64,000 bases of DNA. Source: Phenylobacterium sp. Its GTDB lineage: Bacteria; Pseudomonadota; Alphaproteobacteria; Caulobacterales; Caulobacteraceae. Position 1 is the stretch's first letter. Each line of letters opens with the position of its first letter. Positions 18,151 through 27,605 of this stretch are shown one piece after another. The translations under genes and the position numbers were made by a program. The notes under the pieces were generated by a model that worked only from the letters and a program-made list of their open reading frames with translations, was not told the DNA's origin and ran no database searches. The stretch lies in NCBI RefSeq assembly GCF_020402745.1, contig NZ_JADBYZ010000024.1. The stretch is one strand, 5' to 3'.

Positions 18151-19218
18151 ATGGCCATGACGCCGGAACAGGAACGCGAGGTCGCCAATACGGGCACCAA
18201 GTCCGTGGCCGAGTCCCACCGTTTCGACGAGGCCGCCCTGGCCGCCTGGATGCAGGCTCATGTCGAGGGTTACGAGGGCCCCCTGGAGGTCCGCCAGTTC
18301 AAGGGTGGCCAGTCCAACCCGACCTACCAGCTGGTCACACCGGGCAAGAAGTACGTCATGCGCCGCAAGCCGCCGGGCAAGCTCCTGCCCTCGGCCCACG
18401 CGGTGGACCGCGAGTACAAGGTCATCACCGCCCTTTACCCGACTGGCTTTCCCGTGGCCCGGTCCTACGGCCTGTGCACCGACGAGTCGGTGATCGGCAC
18501 CTGGTTCTACGTGATGGACATGGTCGAGGGCCGGATCCTCTGGGACCAGACCCTACCCCAGTATGAGCCCGCCGAGCGCCGGGCCATCTACATGGCCAAG
18601 ATCAAGACCCTGGCCGATCTGCACAATACCGATGTCGACGCCGTGGGCCTGTCCGACTTCGGCAAGCCCGGCAATTATATGGGCCGGCAGGTCGACCGCT
18701 GGACCAAGCAGTATCGCGCCTCCGAGACCGTCAAGCTCGACACCATGGAGCGGCTGATGGACTGGCTGCCCCAGACCCTGCCGCACCAGGACCGCAACAC
18801 GGTTGTCCATGGCGACTACCGCCTCGACAACATGGTCCTGCATCCCACCGAGCCCCGGGTCGCCGCCGTCCTGGACTGGGAGCTGTCGACCCTGGGCGAT
18901 CCCATGGCCGACTTCACCTACTTCCTCATGCACTGGGTGAACGGGACCATCGCCGGTATCCCCGACCTGAACGCCCACGGGATTCCCACCGTGGAGGAGA
19001 CCGTGGCCGAGTACTGCCGCCTGACCGGCCGGGACCAGGTTCCCAACGTCGACTGGTTCTTCGCCTACAACCTCTTTCGCCTGGCCGGCATCTGCCAGGG
19101 CATTGTCGGCCGGGCCCGGGATGGCACCGCCAACAGCCCGCAGGCCGCCGCCATGGAGGAGCGCGTGCCCCAGCTGGCCTCCGCCGCCTGGCACTTCGCC
19201 CAGCGCGCCGGCGCCTGA
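18151..19218 (+). CDS. Phosphotransferase (APH/choline-kinase-like) family protein
   Basis: 355 aa. It has the catalytic loop VVHGDYRLDNMVL and the metal-binding motif VLDWELSTLGDP. The substrate is unknown. Confidence 0.8.
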   Translation: MAMTPEQEREVANTGTKSVAESHRFDEAALAAWMQAHVEGYEGPLEVRQFKGGQSNPTYQLVTPGKKYVMRRKPPGKLLPSAHAVDREYKVITALYPTGFPVARSYGLCTDESVIGTWFYVMDMVEGRILWDQTLPQYEPAERRAIYMAKIKTLADLHNTDVDAVGLSDFGKPGNYMGRQVDRWTKQYRASETVKLDTMERLMDWLPQTLPHQDRNTVVHGDYRLDNMVLHPTEPRVAAVLDWELSTLGDPMADFTYFLMHWVNGTIAGIPDLNAHGIPTVEETVAEYCRLTGRDQVPNVDWFFAYNLFRLAGICQGIVGRARDGTANSPQAAAMEERVPQLASAAWHFAQRAGA

Positions 19219-19224
19219 TCCGGC

Positions 19225-20244
19225 TCAGCGGCGGGGAAGGCGTCCGAGCAGGGCGTCCAGCGCCGCCGTGTCTCCAAAGACCGCCCGGACGGGCCAGGCC
19301 GTGACCCGGGCCCGCCAGTCCGGGGGCAGGCGCACCCAGTCCTTTGTGGTCGTCACCAGGCCCGCGCCGTGTGCGGCGGCCAGGGCCTCCAGCGCCTTCA
19401 GCCGCGCCGGCGTCCAGTGGGCGTGATCGGGGAAGGCGGCGAAGTCTGCGAGCTCGCAGCCGGCGGCCCTGAGGGCGCGCTCCACCTTCCAGGGCTTTCC
19501 GACGCCGGCGAAGCCGACCTGCGGGCCGGCGGGCGGCGGGGCCTCCGGCTCCAGGCGGGCGGTCAGGAGGGCCGGGCCGGATAGGGCGGCGACCAGGTCG
19601 GGGTCCGGCTCAGCCAGATCCGCCGGCAGGAGCATGACGACGGCGTCGGCGCGGGCGAGGCCGGCCGCCAAGGGTTCGCGCAGGGGGCCGGCGGGAAAGA
19701 CCCCGCCATCGCCCAGGGGCCATTCCCCGTCGCGGGTCTCGCCGTCGCTGACCACCAGGGACAGGGTCTTCAGGACCGAAGGGTTCTGGTGCCCGTCGTC
19801 CATGAGGATGACATCGGCGCCGCCCCCGGCTGCGGCCAGGGCGCCGGCCGCCCTGTCGCGGGCGACCCAAACGTCCACTCCCAGCAGGGCCTGGGCCAGC
19901 ATCAGGGGCTCGTCGCCGGTCTCTTCAGCGGAATGGCGCGCCGGGTCTACCCGGACGGGTCCCTCCAGCCGGCCGCCGTATCCCCGCGAGAGGATGGCGG
20001 GACGCCGGCCGGCATCAGACAGCCGCCGCGCGAGGGCGGCGACCACCGGGGTCTTGCCCGTCCCGCCCAGGGTCAGGTTGCCGACACAGATCACCGGGAC
20101 GCCCGGGTCAACCGGACGGCCCCGGGCGATGCGGCGGGCCGTCGCCGCCGCCCAGACCCAGGACAGGGGCTTCAGGAGGAGGTGCAGGACCGGCCCGGGC
20201 CGCCCCTCCCGGACGTACCACCAGCGCGGGGTCGGCAGCTTCAT
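19225..20244 (-). CDS. lpxK: Tetraacyldisaccharide 4'-kinase
   Basis: 339 aa with the P-loop VGNLTLGGTGKTP. The start overlaps the waaA stop by 4 nt. Confidence 0.9.
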   Translation of the reverse strand: MKLPTPRWWYVREGRPGPVLHLLLKPLSWVWAAATARRIARGRPVDPGVPVICVGNLTLGGTGKTPVVAALARRLSDAGRRPAILSRGYGGRLEGPVRVDPARHSAEETGDEPLMLAQALLGVDVWVARDRAAGALAAAGGGADVILMDDGHQNPSVLKTLSLVVSDGETRDGEWPLGDGGVFPAGPLREPLAAGLARADAVVMLLPADLAEPDPDLVAALSGPALLTARLEPEAPPPAGPQVGFAGVGKPWKVERALRAAGCELADFAAFPDHAHWTPARLKALEALAAAHGAGLVTTTKDWVRLPPDWRARVTAWPVRAVFGDTAALDALLGRLPRR

Positions 20245-21500
20245 GCGGCGCTCATTTCCGAAGGGGGCGGCAACAGGGGCGCCAGGTCGTCGAGAGCCGC
20301 CGAAAGGCTTTCGCCCTGCCGCGCCGCATAGCCCAGGGCCGCCTCGCCCATGCGGCGCCTCAGGGCGGGCTGGCCCAGCAGGCCGGCCAGTTTGCGCCGG
20401 AGGTCCGCACCGTCGCGGGCGATGAGGGCGCAGGCCTCGTCGAGCATCTCGCCATAGACATCTGCCGAGTTGGCGATGTCGGGACCGGTCAGGACCGGGA
20501 CCCCCAGTCGCGCCGGCTCCAGCGGGTTGTGACCGCCGATCCCGCTGGGAAAACTGCCGCCCATCACCACCAGGTCGGCGAGACGGAAAAAGAGGCCCAT
20601 CTCCCCCAGGGTGTCGGCGATCCAGATGGGGTCGTGCGGTCCGGGGGACTGGCCATGAGCGCGCCTCGGGGCGCGGAGGGCGGCGGCGATCTCACCGCCG
20701 CGCTCGGGATGCCGCGGGGCCAGGATGAGGAGGGCGCCCAGGCCCTCCGCCGCGCCGGCGACCAGGGCCTCCTCTCCGGGATGGGTGCTGGCCGCCAGGA
20801 TGACGGGGCGTCCCCCTGCGAGCCCCCGTAGGCGCTCCAATTCGGCTGGATCGAACGGCAGGGGCGAGCCCGCCCGCTTTAGGTTCAGCTCCCGGCCGCA
20901 GGCGGCGCCGAGCTCCGCCAGGCGGGCGGCGCTGGCCCGGTCCTGCGGCAGGATGAGGTCAAAGAGGCCCAGGAGGCCTCGGGCCGAGGCTGGCGCCCTT
21001 CGCCAGGTCCTGGCGGTGCCCTCGGTGATCCGGGCTGAGACAAGGGCGAGGCGGGTCCCGCGGCGCCGGGCCGACTGAAGGAGGTTGGGCCAGAGCTCGC
21101 TCTCGGCGAAGACGCCGAGGTCTGGCCGCCAATGGTCGAGGAAGCGCTGCGCCGCCCGGGGCCCGTCCACCGGCACATACTGATGGACGACGCCTTCGGG
21201 CAGTCGCCGGGCGAGGAGTTCCGCCGAGGTGCGGGTGCCGGAAGTGACCAGGAGGGCGAGATCAGGCCGGCGCGCCCGAAGGCCCTCGACGAGGGCCAGG
21301 AGGGAGAGGGACTCGCCCACGCTGACCCCGTGCAGCCAGACGAGGGGCCCAGCGGGCCGGGGCCGGCTGGCCCGCCCCAGGCGTTCGCCCAACCGGTCAG
21401 GGTCCTCGCGGCCCGCCGCTGCACGCCGGCGCAGGAGGCCGGGCGCCAGGGGTTCGGCGAGGCGCGTGGCGAGGCCGTAGAGGGAGAGGGGGAGGGTCAC
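20241..21500 (-). CDS. waaA: 3-deoxy-D-manno-octulosonic acid (Kdo) transferase
   Basis: I placed the start at GTG 21500 (VTLPLSLYGLATRLAEPLAPGLL...), which overlaps the upstream stop (GTGA). It has the Kdo-transferase-like WLHGVSVGE and a C-terminal GT-B half (GGSFPSGIGGHNPLEPA). The longer track ORF would overlap the CDF gene. Confidence 0.85.
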   Translation of the reverse strand: MTLPLSLYGLATRLAEPLAPGLLRRRAAAGREDPDRLGERLGRASRPRPAGPLVWLHGVSVGESLSLLALVEGLRARRPDLALLVTSGTRTSAELLARRLPEGVVHQYVPVDGPRAAQRFLDHWRPDLGVFAESELWPNLLQSARRRGTRLALVSARITEGTARTWRRAPASARGLLGLFDLILPQDRASAARLAELGAACGRELNLKRAGSPLPFDPAELERLRGLAGGRPVILAASTHPGEEALVAGAAEGLGALLILAPRHPERGGEIAAALRAPRRAHGQSPGPHDPIWIADTLGEMGLFFRLADLVVMGGSFPSGIGGHNPLEPARLGVPVLTGPDIANSADVYGEMLDEACALIARDGADLRRKLAGLLGQPALRRRMGEAALGYAARQGESLSAALDDLAPLLPPPSEMSAA

Positions 21501-22522
21501 ACCACCTCGTCGGGGGCGAGTTCGCAGTCCAGCTCGCCCGTCTCGACCTGAAGCGTAGCGTGGTCGATCCCGAAGGTCTCCCCAAGGCCATGCGCAGTCT
21601 CGGCGAGGAAGGCGTCGGAAGATCCCCCCTCGGGGCGAACCAGATGGGCGGTGAGGGCGGTGCGGGTGGTCGAGAGGGACCAGACGTGCAGGTCGTGGAC
21701 CTCGGCCACGCCGGGCCGGGCGGCGAGCCAGGCCCGGACCTCGGCCACGTCGATCCCCGGCGGCGCGGCGTCCATGGCCATGGCGGCGGAATCCCTCAGC
21801 AGTCCCCAGGCGCCGGACAGGATGACCGCCACGATGACGAGGCTGAGGACGGGATCCAGCCACTGGAGGCCGCCGGTCAGGAGCATGAGGCCGGCTGAGA
21901 CCACCACGGCGGCCGAGACAGCCGCATCGGCGATCATGTGCAGGAAGGCGCCCCGGACGTTGAGGTCATGCTGGCCGCGCAGGAAGAGAAGGGCGGTCAG
22001 GGTGTTGATGACCACGCCGATGGCGGCGGTGATCAGAACGGGTCCGGCGGCGACCGGGCTGGGCGAGGCGATCCTCTGGACGGCCTCCCAACCGATCGCG
22101 CCGACAGCGGCGACCAGCAGGACGCCATTGGTCACCGAAGCCATGATGGTGGCCTTGCCAAGGCCGTAGGTGTGCTGGGCGCCGGGGCGGCGGCGCGCGA
22201 GGACTGTGGCGCCCCAGGCGAGGATCAGGGCCAGGACGTCGGCGGCGTTGTGGCCGGCGTCCGCCAGGAGGGCGAGCGACCCGGAGACGATCCCGACCCC
22301 GGCCTCCACAGCGACAAACCCGGCGTTGAGAAGAATTCCGAGGGCGAAGGCGCCGCCAAAGTCCTTGGGAACGTGCCCGTGATGGCCATGCCCGTGATGG
22401 CTATGGCCGTGATGAGCCTGTCCAGGATGGGGATGGGGGTGAGGACCGCGCCAGGCGTCCGGGCCCGCGTGATCATGGCTGTGCGCCTTATCCCGGTCGT
22501 GGTGGGCGTGATCGTGCGGCAT
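21497..22522 (-). CDS. Cation diffusion facilitator (CzcD/ZitB-like) divalent metal efflux transporter with a His-rich N-terminus
   Basis: 341 aa. The N-terminus reads MPHDHAHHDRDKAHSHDHAG...HPHPHPGQAHHGHSHHGHGHHGH. It has the CDF HxxxD motifs GHNAADVLAL and LHMIADAAVS and a C-terminal cytoplasmic domain. Confidence 0.9.
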   Translation of the reverse strand: MPHDHAHHDRDKAHSHDHAGPDAWRGPHPHPHPGQAHHGHSHHGHGHHGHVPKDFGGAFALGILLNAGFVAVEAGVGIVSGSLALLADAGHNAADVLALILAWGATVLARRRPGAQHTYGLGKATIMASVTNGVLLVAAVGAIGWEAVQRIASPSPVAAGPVLITAAIGVVINTLTALLFLRGQHDLNVRGAFLHMIADAAVSAAVVVSAGLMLLTGGLQWLDPVLSLVIVAVILSGAWGLLRDSAAMAMDAAPPGIDVAEVRAWLAARPGVAEVHDLHVWSLSTTRTALTAHLVRPEGGSSDAFLAETAHGLGETFGIDHATLQVETGELDCELAPDEVV

Positions 22523-22534
22523 GGCCCCTGTGTC

Positions 22535-23263
22535 TCACCCACCCGGCGCCGGATCAACTGACGCGCGCCCCACCAGGGATTCCGCCCGGCGGGTGGCTGC
22601 CGACAGCCGTGCGGACAAGTCTGCCCGCAGCGCGTCGATCTCAGCCTCGCCGGCGTCTGCCGGAACGTGGAAGGGCCCCTCCCAGATGCAGCCCCCCCGG
22701 CCAAAGGGAGCGGCGACCATGGCGCGGTCCCACAGGCTCTCCAACTGAATGGAGGGGGAGACGGCCAGGCCGGTGAGGAAGATGGGCGCGCCCGTGCGCT
22801 TGGCGATCTGCAGGGCGCCCGCCGCGATCACTTCGTTCGGGCCTCGGGGGCCGTCTGGCGTGATGATCAGGACGCCGCCACCGGCCACATGCTGGACCGC
22901 CTCCCGGAAGGCGGCCACAGCCGCCCGCGCCTTGGCCGAGTCGCCCTTCTTGGCCGTTGACATGCGGATGGCGGGGAAGCCGGCGTACTCCAGGGCAAGG
23001 GCCACAAACTCTCCGTCGGAGGAGGGCGAGACGAGACAGCGCCGGCTGTCCTTCCGCCACCAGGTCGCGGCCATGCCGAGGCAGATGGGGATGCGGCCGT
23101 GCCAGAACAGGCCGATGGCGCCCTGGCCTGACGCGAACATGGGCTCCAGGGCCTCCAGGCCCTCATGCCGCCAGCGCGTGGTGCGCCGGATCAGGATCAG
23201 GTAGCCGGCGAGCATCCGTCCCAGAACGGCCTGGACACCGGGCCGGCGCAGGAGCCCCTTCAT
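22535..23263 (-). CDS. DUF374 / lysophospholipid acyltransferase-like protein
   Basis: 242 aa, reading GAIGLFWHGRIPICL ... ITPDGPRGP. This family is commonly found beside waaA/msbA. The start overlaps the msbA stop by 4 nt. Confidence 0.65.
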   Translation of the reverse strand: MKGLLRRPGVQAVLGRMLAGYLILIRRTTRWRHEGLEALEPMFASGQGAIGLFWHGRIPICLGMAATWWRKDSRRCLVSPSSDGEFVALALEYAGFPAIRMSTAKKGDSAKARAAVAAFREAVQHVAGGGVLIITPDGPRGPNEVIAAGALQIAKRTGAPIFLTGLAVSPSIQLESLWDRAMVAAPFGRGGCIWEGPFHVPADAGEAEIDALRADLSARLSAATRRAESLVGRASVDPAPGG

Positions 23264-25038
23264 GCCGGGTCCTCCAGGGTCTCGAGGTCGCCGGCTCCGG
23301 CGAGGCGGGCGTAGAGGCCGCCGGCAGCGATCAGGGAGTCGTGAGTTCCGCTCTCGGCGATCCGTCCCTGGTCCAGCACATAGATGCGGTCGGCGTTCCG
23401 AACCGTGGACAGGCGGTGGGCCACCAGCAGGGTCGTTCGGCCTTCCATCAGCCGGGACAGGGCGGCCTGGACCTGGGCTTCGCTCTCCACATCCAGGGCG
23501 CTGGTCGCCTCGTCGAGGAGCAGGATGGGGGCGTCCTTCAGGAAGGCCCGGGCGATGGCGATGCGCTGCCTCTGGCCGCCGGAGAGCCGCAGGCCCGCCT
23601 CTCCTGCCGGGGTGTCGTAGCCCTGGGGCAGGGCCAGTATGAAGTCATGGGCGGCGGCGGCCCGGGCGGCGGCCTCGATCTCGTCTTGAGAGGCGTCTGG
23701 CCGGGCATAGGCGATGTTGGCGCGGAGCGTGTCGTCGAACAGGAAAGGTTCCTGAGTGACCAGGGCGATCCGACGCCGGAGCGAGGCCAGGGTCAGGTCG
23801 CGCACGTCGCGCCCATCCAGAGTCACCCGGCCCCCGGTCACATCGTAGAAGCGCGGGATCAGGTTCAGCAGGGTGGACTTGCCCCCACCGGAGGGCCCGA
23901 CCAGGGCCACGGTCTCTCCCCGCTGCACGGTCAGGCTGACGCCCGAGAGAACTTCAGGGCCCTCCCCATAGGCGAAGCGGACCTCCTCGAAGGCCACCCG
24001 GCCCTCGCCCCGGGGTGTCTCGACGGCGCCCGGCCGGTCGCCCACCTCGGGCTCGACATCGAGGGCGGCGTAGAGGCGGCGGGCGGCGGACAGGCCTTCC
24101 GAGAAGACGGTCTGCAGGTTGGCCAGCTGGCGAAGGGACTGGGAGGCCAGGGCCAGGGCGCCGATGAAGGCCACGAAGGCGCCGGGATTCATTCCGCCGT
24201 CCTGTGACCGCAGGCCCGCCCAGGCCATGACGGCCGCCGTGATCAGGGTCATCAGGGTCTCGGTGGCCGGCGCGGCGCGGGCCCGGGCGTTGGCGCCCCT
24301 GACCAGGAAGGCTTGCCGCCGGTGCACCACTTCACCGACCCGGGATTCTTCGAAGGCCTCCCGGTTCTCGATCTTGACCACCCGCACGCCGTCCAGGCTC
24401 TCCATGATGGCGGTGGACAGGGCTGAGGTCTCGACCATGGCGCCCTGGGCGGCCCTTGAGGATCTTCGGGCGTAGCGGCGCATGATCAGGCTTGCGACCG
24501 GGGCGGCGACGATCAGGGCGAGGGAGAGGACCAGGTCGTTGGAGACCATCACGCTGACCGCCCCGACGACGGTCAGGGCGTGCTGGGTGTAGTTGATCAC
24601 GCCCGCGGTCGCCGCCTCGCGGATCAGGCCGGCGTCGTAGAGGACCGAGGAGACGAAGGATCCCGAATGCTGGGAGCGCAGCCGGGCCAGGTCCGCCCGG
24701 ACCAGCCTGCCGAAGAGCTGGACCTGGACATCCCCCACCACGGCGTTGCCGATCCGGTTCACGAGGGTGGCCTGGAGGACCTGGGCGAGACCGCGGGCGA
24801 TGGCGAGGCCGGCGATCGTCAGAGGGATCACCAGCAGGGCGCCGGGCTTGGGCGTTCCCAGAAGGTCGTTGATCGCCGGCTCCAGGATCTGGACCAGCTT
24901 GGCGCTCAGAATCGCGACCACGACGGCGGCGAGCCCCGCGAGGGCGAGGCCTGGCCAGCGGGGCGCAAGGTAGACACGCCAGGTCCTGGCGAGGATCTCG
25001 CGGCTGGACAGCCGGTCCGGATCGGCCTGAGCGTTCAT
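23260..25038 (-). CDS. msbA: ABC transporter permease/ATPase, MsbA-like lipid A exporter
   Basis: It has six N-terminal TM segments followed by Walker A GPSGGGKST, the signature LSGGQRQRIAIARA and Walker B ILLLDEATSALD. I prefer the start at ATG 25038 (MNAQADPDRL); the track alternative is 25143. The assignment as msbA rests on context with waaA/lpxK. Confidence 0.8.
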   Translation of the reverse strand: MNAQADPDRLSSREILARTWRVYLAPRWPGLALAGLAAVVVAILSAKLVQILEPAINDLLGTPKPGALLVIPLTIAGLAIARGLAQVLQATLVNRIGNAVVGDVQVQLFGRLVRADLARLRSQHSGSFVSSVLYDAGLIREAATAGVINYTQHALTVVGAVSVMVSNDLVLSLALIVAAPVASLIMRRYARRSSRAAQGAMVETSALSTAIMESLDGVRVVKIENREAFEESRVGEVVHRRQAFLVRGANARARAAPATETLMTLITAAVMAWAGLRSQDGGMNPGAFVAFIGALALASQSLRQLANLQTVFSEGLSAARRLYAALDVEPEVGDRPGAVETPRGEGRVAFEEVRFAYGEGPEVLSGVSLTVQRGETVALVGPSGGGKSTLLNLIPRFYDVTGGRVTLDGRDVRDLTLASLRRRIALVTQEPFLFDDTLRANIAYARPDASQDEIEAAARAAAAHDFILALPQGYDTPAGEAGLRLSGGQRQRIAIARAFLKDAPILLLDEATSALDVESEAQVQAALSRLMEGRTTLLVAHRLSTVRNADRIYVLDQGRIAESGTHDSLIAAGGLYARLAGAGDLETLEDPA

Positions 25039-25157
25039 CGTGCTGGGGTCGGCCCTTGGGCCGGGGAAGTCAAGATGTCGCCCGGGAGCCAAACGTCGGT
25101 GGGCTTTGCGGTGCGGCGCCGGCGCCCTAGATTGGGCCGACAAGCAGGAGCCCCGAC

Positions 25158-25823
25158 TTGGCGGACTACGACCTCACCACGCCGAAGGGGCGGCGGCGCG
25201 CCTACCTTGAATTCCTGTTCAAGGACCACGCCTTCCTGCGCCTGCGCTTCTCCAACGCCCATGCAGTGTCGGAGGAACTTTACCGGGCAAACCAGCCCTG
25301 GCCGTTCCAGCTTGAGGAGTGGAAGGCGCGCGGGATCCGCTCGGTGGTCAACCTGCGCGGCGGGTTCGACGCCAGTTTCTACGCCTTGGAGAAGGATGCC
25401 TGCGCCCGCCTCGGCCTGAACCTGGTGGATTTCACCATCACCTCTCGGGAGGTCCCCAGCCGCGCCCGGGTGCACGGCGCCAAGGCCCTGTTCGAGAGCC
25501 TGGAGTACCCCGCCCTCATGCACTGCAAGTCTGGGGCGGACCGGGCGGGGATTATGAGCGTGCTCTACCTGCACTTCAGGAAGGGCGTGCCGATCCGCGA
25601 GGCCCTCGCCCAGCTCAGCCTGAAATACCTGCATGTGAAGGCGGGCAAGACCGGCGTTCTGGACTACACCTTCGAGCGCTACCTGGCGGAGGGCGAGCCC
25701 GCTGGCCAGACCTTCCTGGAATGGGTGGACAGCCCGGCCTACGATCCGGACGCCATCAAGGCCGACTTCCGCTCCAACATGTGGGGCCGGGCCCTGACGG
25801 AGACCCTGCTGCGCCGCGAATAG
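25158..25823 (+). CDS. PTP-fold (dual-specificity/tyrosine phosphatase-like) protein
   Basis: 221 aa from a TTG start. It has the CX5R active-site loop HCKSGADRAG and is divergent from msbA. Confidence 0.75.
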   Translation: MADYDLTTPKGRRRAYLEFLFKDHAFLRLRFSNAHAVSEELYRANQPWPFQLEEWKARGIRSVVNLRGGFDASFYALEKDACARLGLNLVDFTITSREVPSRARVHGAKALFESLEYPALMHCKSGADRAGIMSVLYLHFRKGVPIREALAQLSLKYLHVKAGKTGVLDYTFERYLAEGEPAGQTFLEWVDSPAYDPDAIKADFRSNMWGRALTETLLRRE

Positions 25824-25824
25824 C

Positions 25825-26061
25825 TCAGTGGTCGTGGTCGTCGGTGTCGGGGTCCAGCAGCTTGTGGGCGTGGATGATGAAATACCGCATCAGGGCGTTG
25901 TCCACCGTCGACTGGGCCTTGGCCCGCCAGGCGTCGACCGCCTCCTGGTAGCTGGCGTAGGCCCCGACCAGGTCGACCTTCGAGAGGTCGCGGAACTCGA
26001 CCGTGTCGACGTCGACGAGTTCGCCGCCGATGACGAGGTGAAGCAGCTGGCGATGGGGCAT
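25825..26061 (-). CDS. Small conserved protein (DUF4170-like)
   Basis: 78 aa from ATG 26061: MPHRQLLHLVIGGELVDVDTVEFRDLSKVDLVGAYASYQEAVDAWRAKAQSTVDNALMRYFIIHAHKLLDP. The family name is recalled from memory. The upstream part of the track ORF lacks coding character. Confidence 0.6.
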   Translation of the reverse strand: MPHRQLLHLVIGGELVDVDTVEFRDLSKVDLVGAYASYQEAVDAWRAKAQSTVDNALMRYFIIHAHKLLDPDTDDHDH

Positions 26062-26192
26062 GCGTTCGACTCCTGAAATCCCTTTCCTACCCGTGGCGAT
26101 AGGCCCGCAGGGGTTAAGGATCAATGGACCCTTCCCGGAATTCACCCGTTTGAGGTCCTTCCATGCTGGGATTGACGCCAGAGGGGGCACAC

Positions 26193-26221
26193 GAACCCCG
26201 CAGCCAATCCTAACGGGGTTC
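26193..26221 (-). terminator. Hairpin immediately after the pmbA stop
   Basis: On the minus strand the sequence is GAACCCCG-ttaggattggctg-CGGGGTTC, an 8-bp stem. No clear U-tract follows. Confidence 0.3.
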
Positions 26222-27561
26222 TATTTGCCGGCGATGGACAGAGTGTCGACCAGCAGGGAGGGGGCGTTGGCGGAACCGCGAAGCTCCAGGTCAGAGCCCG
26301 GGACCAGGCGGGCATAGATATCGGGCAGGGCGCCCGCCACGGTGATCTCCGAGACTGGGTAGGCGATCTCGCCGTTCTCGAACCAGAAGCCCGAGCAGCC
26401 GACCGACCAATCGCCGGTGTTGGCGTTCAGAGACGGGCCGAACATGGAGGTGACCAGGAGCCCGGTCCCGGCGTCGGACATGAGGCCGGCGAGGTCGCGT
26501 TCACCGGGCTGCAGGGTCAGGTTGGAGGTTCCGACGCCCGCTGGCCCGGCCGAACCCCGGGTGGCGTGGCCGGTCAGGGCCATGCCCAGCTGCCGCGCCG
26601 AGGCGGCGTTGTGGAGCCAGGTGGTCAGGACGCCCTTATCCACCAGGGCTATGCGGCGGTTGAGGGCGCCTTCGTCATCGAAGGGTGAGGACCCCAGTCC
26701 GCGTGGCCGGTGGGGGTCGTCGATGAGGGTCACCCGCGGGGCGAACACCGCCTCACCGAGGCGATCCTTCAGAAAGGAGACGCCGCGGGCGACCGAAGGG
26801 CCGCTAATGGCGCCCAGGAAGGGGCCGATCAGGGCGGTGGCGATCCGGTTCTCGAAGATGACCGGTGCGGTGGTTGAGGCGATCTTGCGCGCGCCGAGGC
26901 GGGATGCCGCCCGGCGGGCCGCCTCCCGGCCGACCTGTTCCGGTGATGGCAGGTCCGCAAACCAGCGACGGGACAGGCCGTCATAGCCGCTTTCCATGCC
27001 TTCGCCCTCGCCGGCGATGACCGCAGCGCCGACATGGAAACCCGTCGCCCGGTGCTCGCCGAAGAAGCCGTTGGAGGTCGCCAGGCGCCAGGCCGAGCGG
27101 GACGAGGAGGCCGAGCCGCCGTCGGAGTTGGCGATGCGCGGCATGTCGAGGGCGGCCGCCTCCGCCTCCCGGGCGAGGGACTCGAGGGTCTCGGGGTCGG
27201 GATCGGCGGGGTCGAAAAGATCAAGGGCCGGATGGGGGCCGCGCGCCAACGCTCCGGCCTCGACAAGGCCGGACCAGGGGTCCTCCGGCGCCAGGCGGGC
27301 CATGGCCACCGCCCGCTCCACCAGCCGTGCGCGGCCGTCGGCGGAGATGTCCGAGCCGGATACTGTGGCATGCCGCTTGCCGACGAAGACCCGAAGGCTC
27401 AGGTCCCGGGACTCCTCGCGCTCGACCTCCTCCAGCCCGCCGTGCCGGACGGTGACCGACAGGGCCTGGTGCTCGGCGTCGATGGCCTCGGCGGCGTCGG
27501 CCCCCGCCCTCAGGGCGGCGGCGACGAGGTCTGCGGACAGTTCGGTGCTCATCCTCGCCAT
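26221..27561 (-). CDS. pmbA: TldD/PmbA-family metalloprotease PmbA
   Basis: 446 aa from ATG 27561 (MARMSTELSADLVAAALRAGADAAEA...). The fold is PmbA/TldD-like (GDWSVGCSGFWFENGEI). The 724-aa track ORF extension overlaps the MAPEG gene and is rejected. Confidence 0.85.
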   Translation of the reverse strand: MARMSTELSADLVAAALRAGADAAEAIDAEHQALSVTVRHGGLEEVEREESRDLSLRVFVGKRHATVSGSDISADGRARLVERAVAMARLAPEDPWSGLVEAGALARGPHPALDLFDPADPDPETLESLAREAEAAALDMPRIANSDGGSASSSRSAWRLATSNGFFGEHRATGFHVGAAVIAGEGEGMESGYDGLSRRWFADLPSPEQVGREAARRAASRLGARKIASTTAPVIFENRIATALIGPFLGAISGPSVARGVSFLKDRLGEAVFAPRVTLIDDPHRPRGLGSSPFDDEGALNRRIALVDKGVLTTWLHNAASARQLGMALTGHATRGSAGPAGVGTSNLTLQPGERDLAGLMSDAGTGLLVTSMFGPSLNANTGDWSVGCSGFWFENGEIAYPVSEITVAGALPDIYARLVPGSDLELRGSANAPSLLVDTLSIAGK

Positions 27562-27605
27562 ATGGCCGCCCGGCGCTGTCGGAGCAAGCGGGCAGGATCC
27601 AGGTC

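Noticed and set aside
22360-22522. His-codon-rich repetitive stretch (cat/cac runs) at the 5' end of the CDF gene, considered as a simple-sequence repeat or contingency locus.
   Set aside because: It encodes a His-rich metal-binding N-terminus, which is common in CDF transporters. The repeat units are imperfect and in frame.
22957-24207. 416-aa plus-strand ORF.
   Set aside because: It is antisense to the DUF374 and msbA genes and is a shadow ORF.
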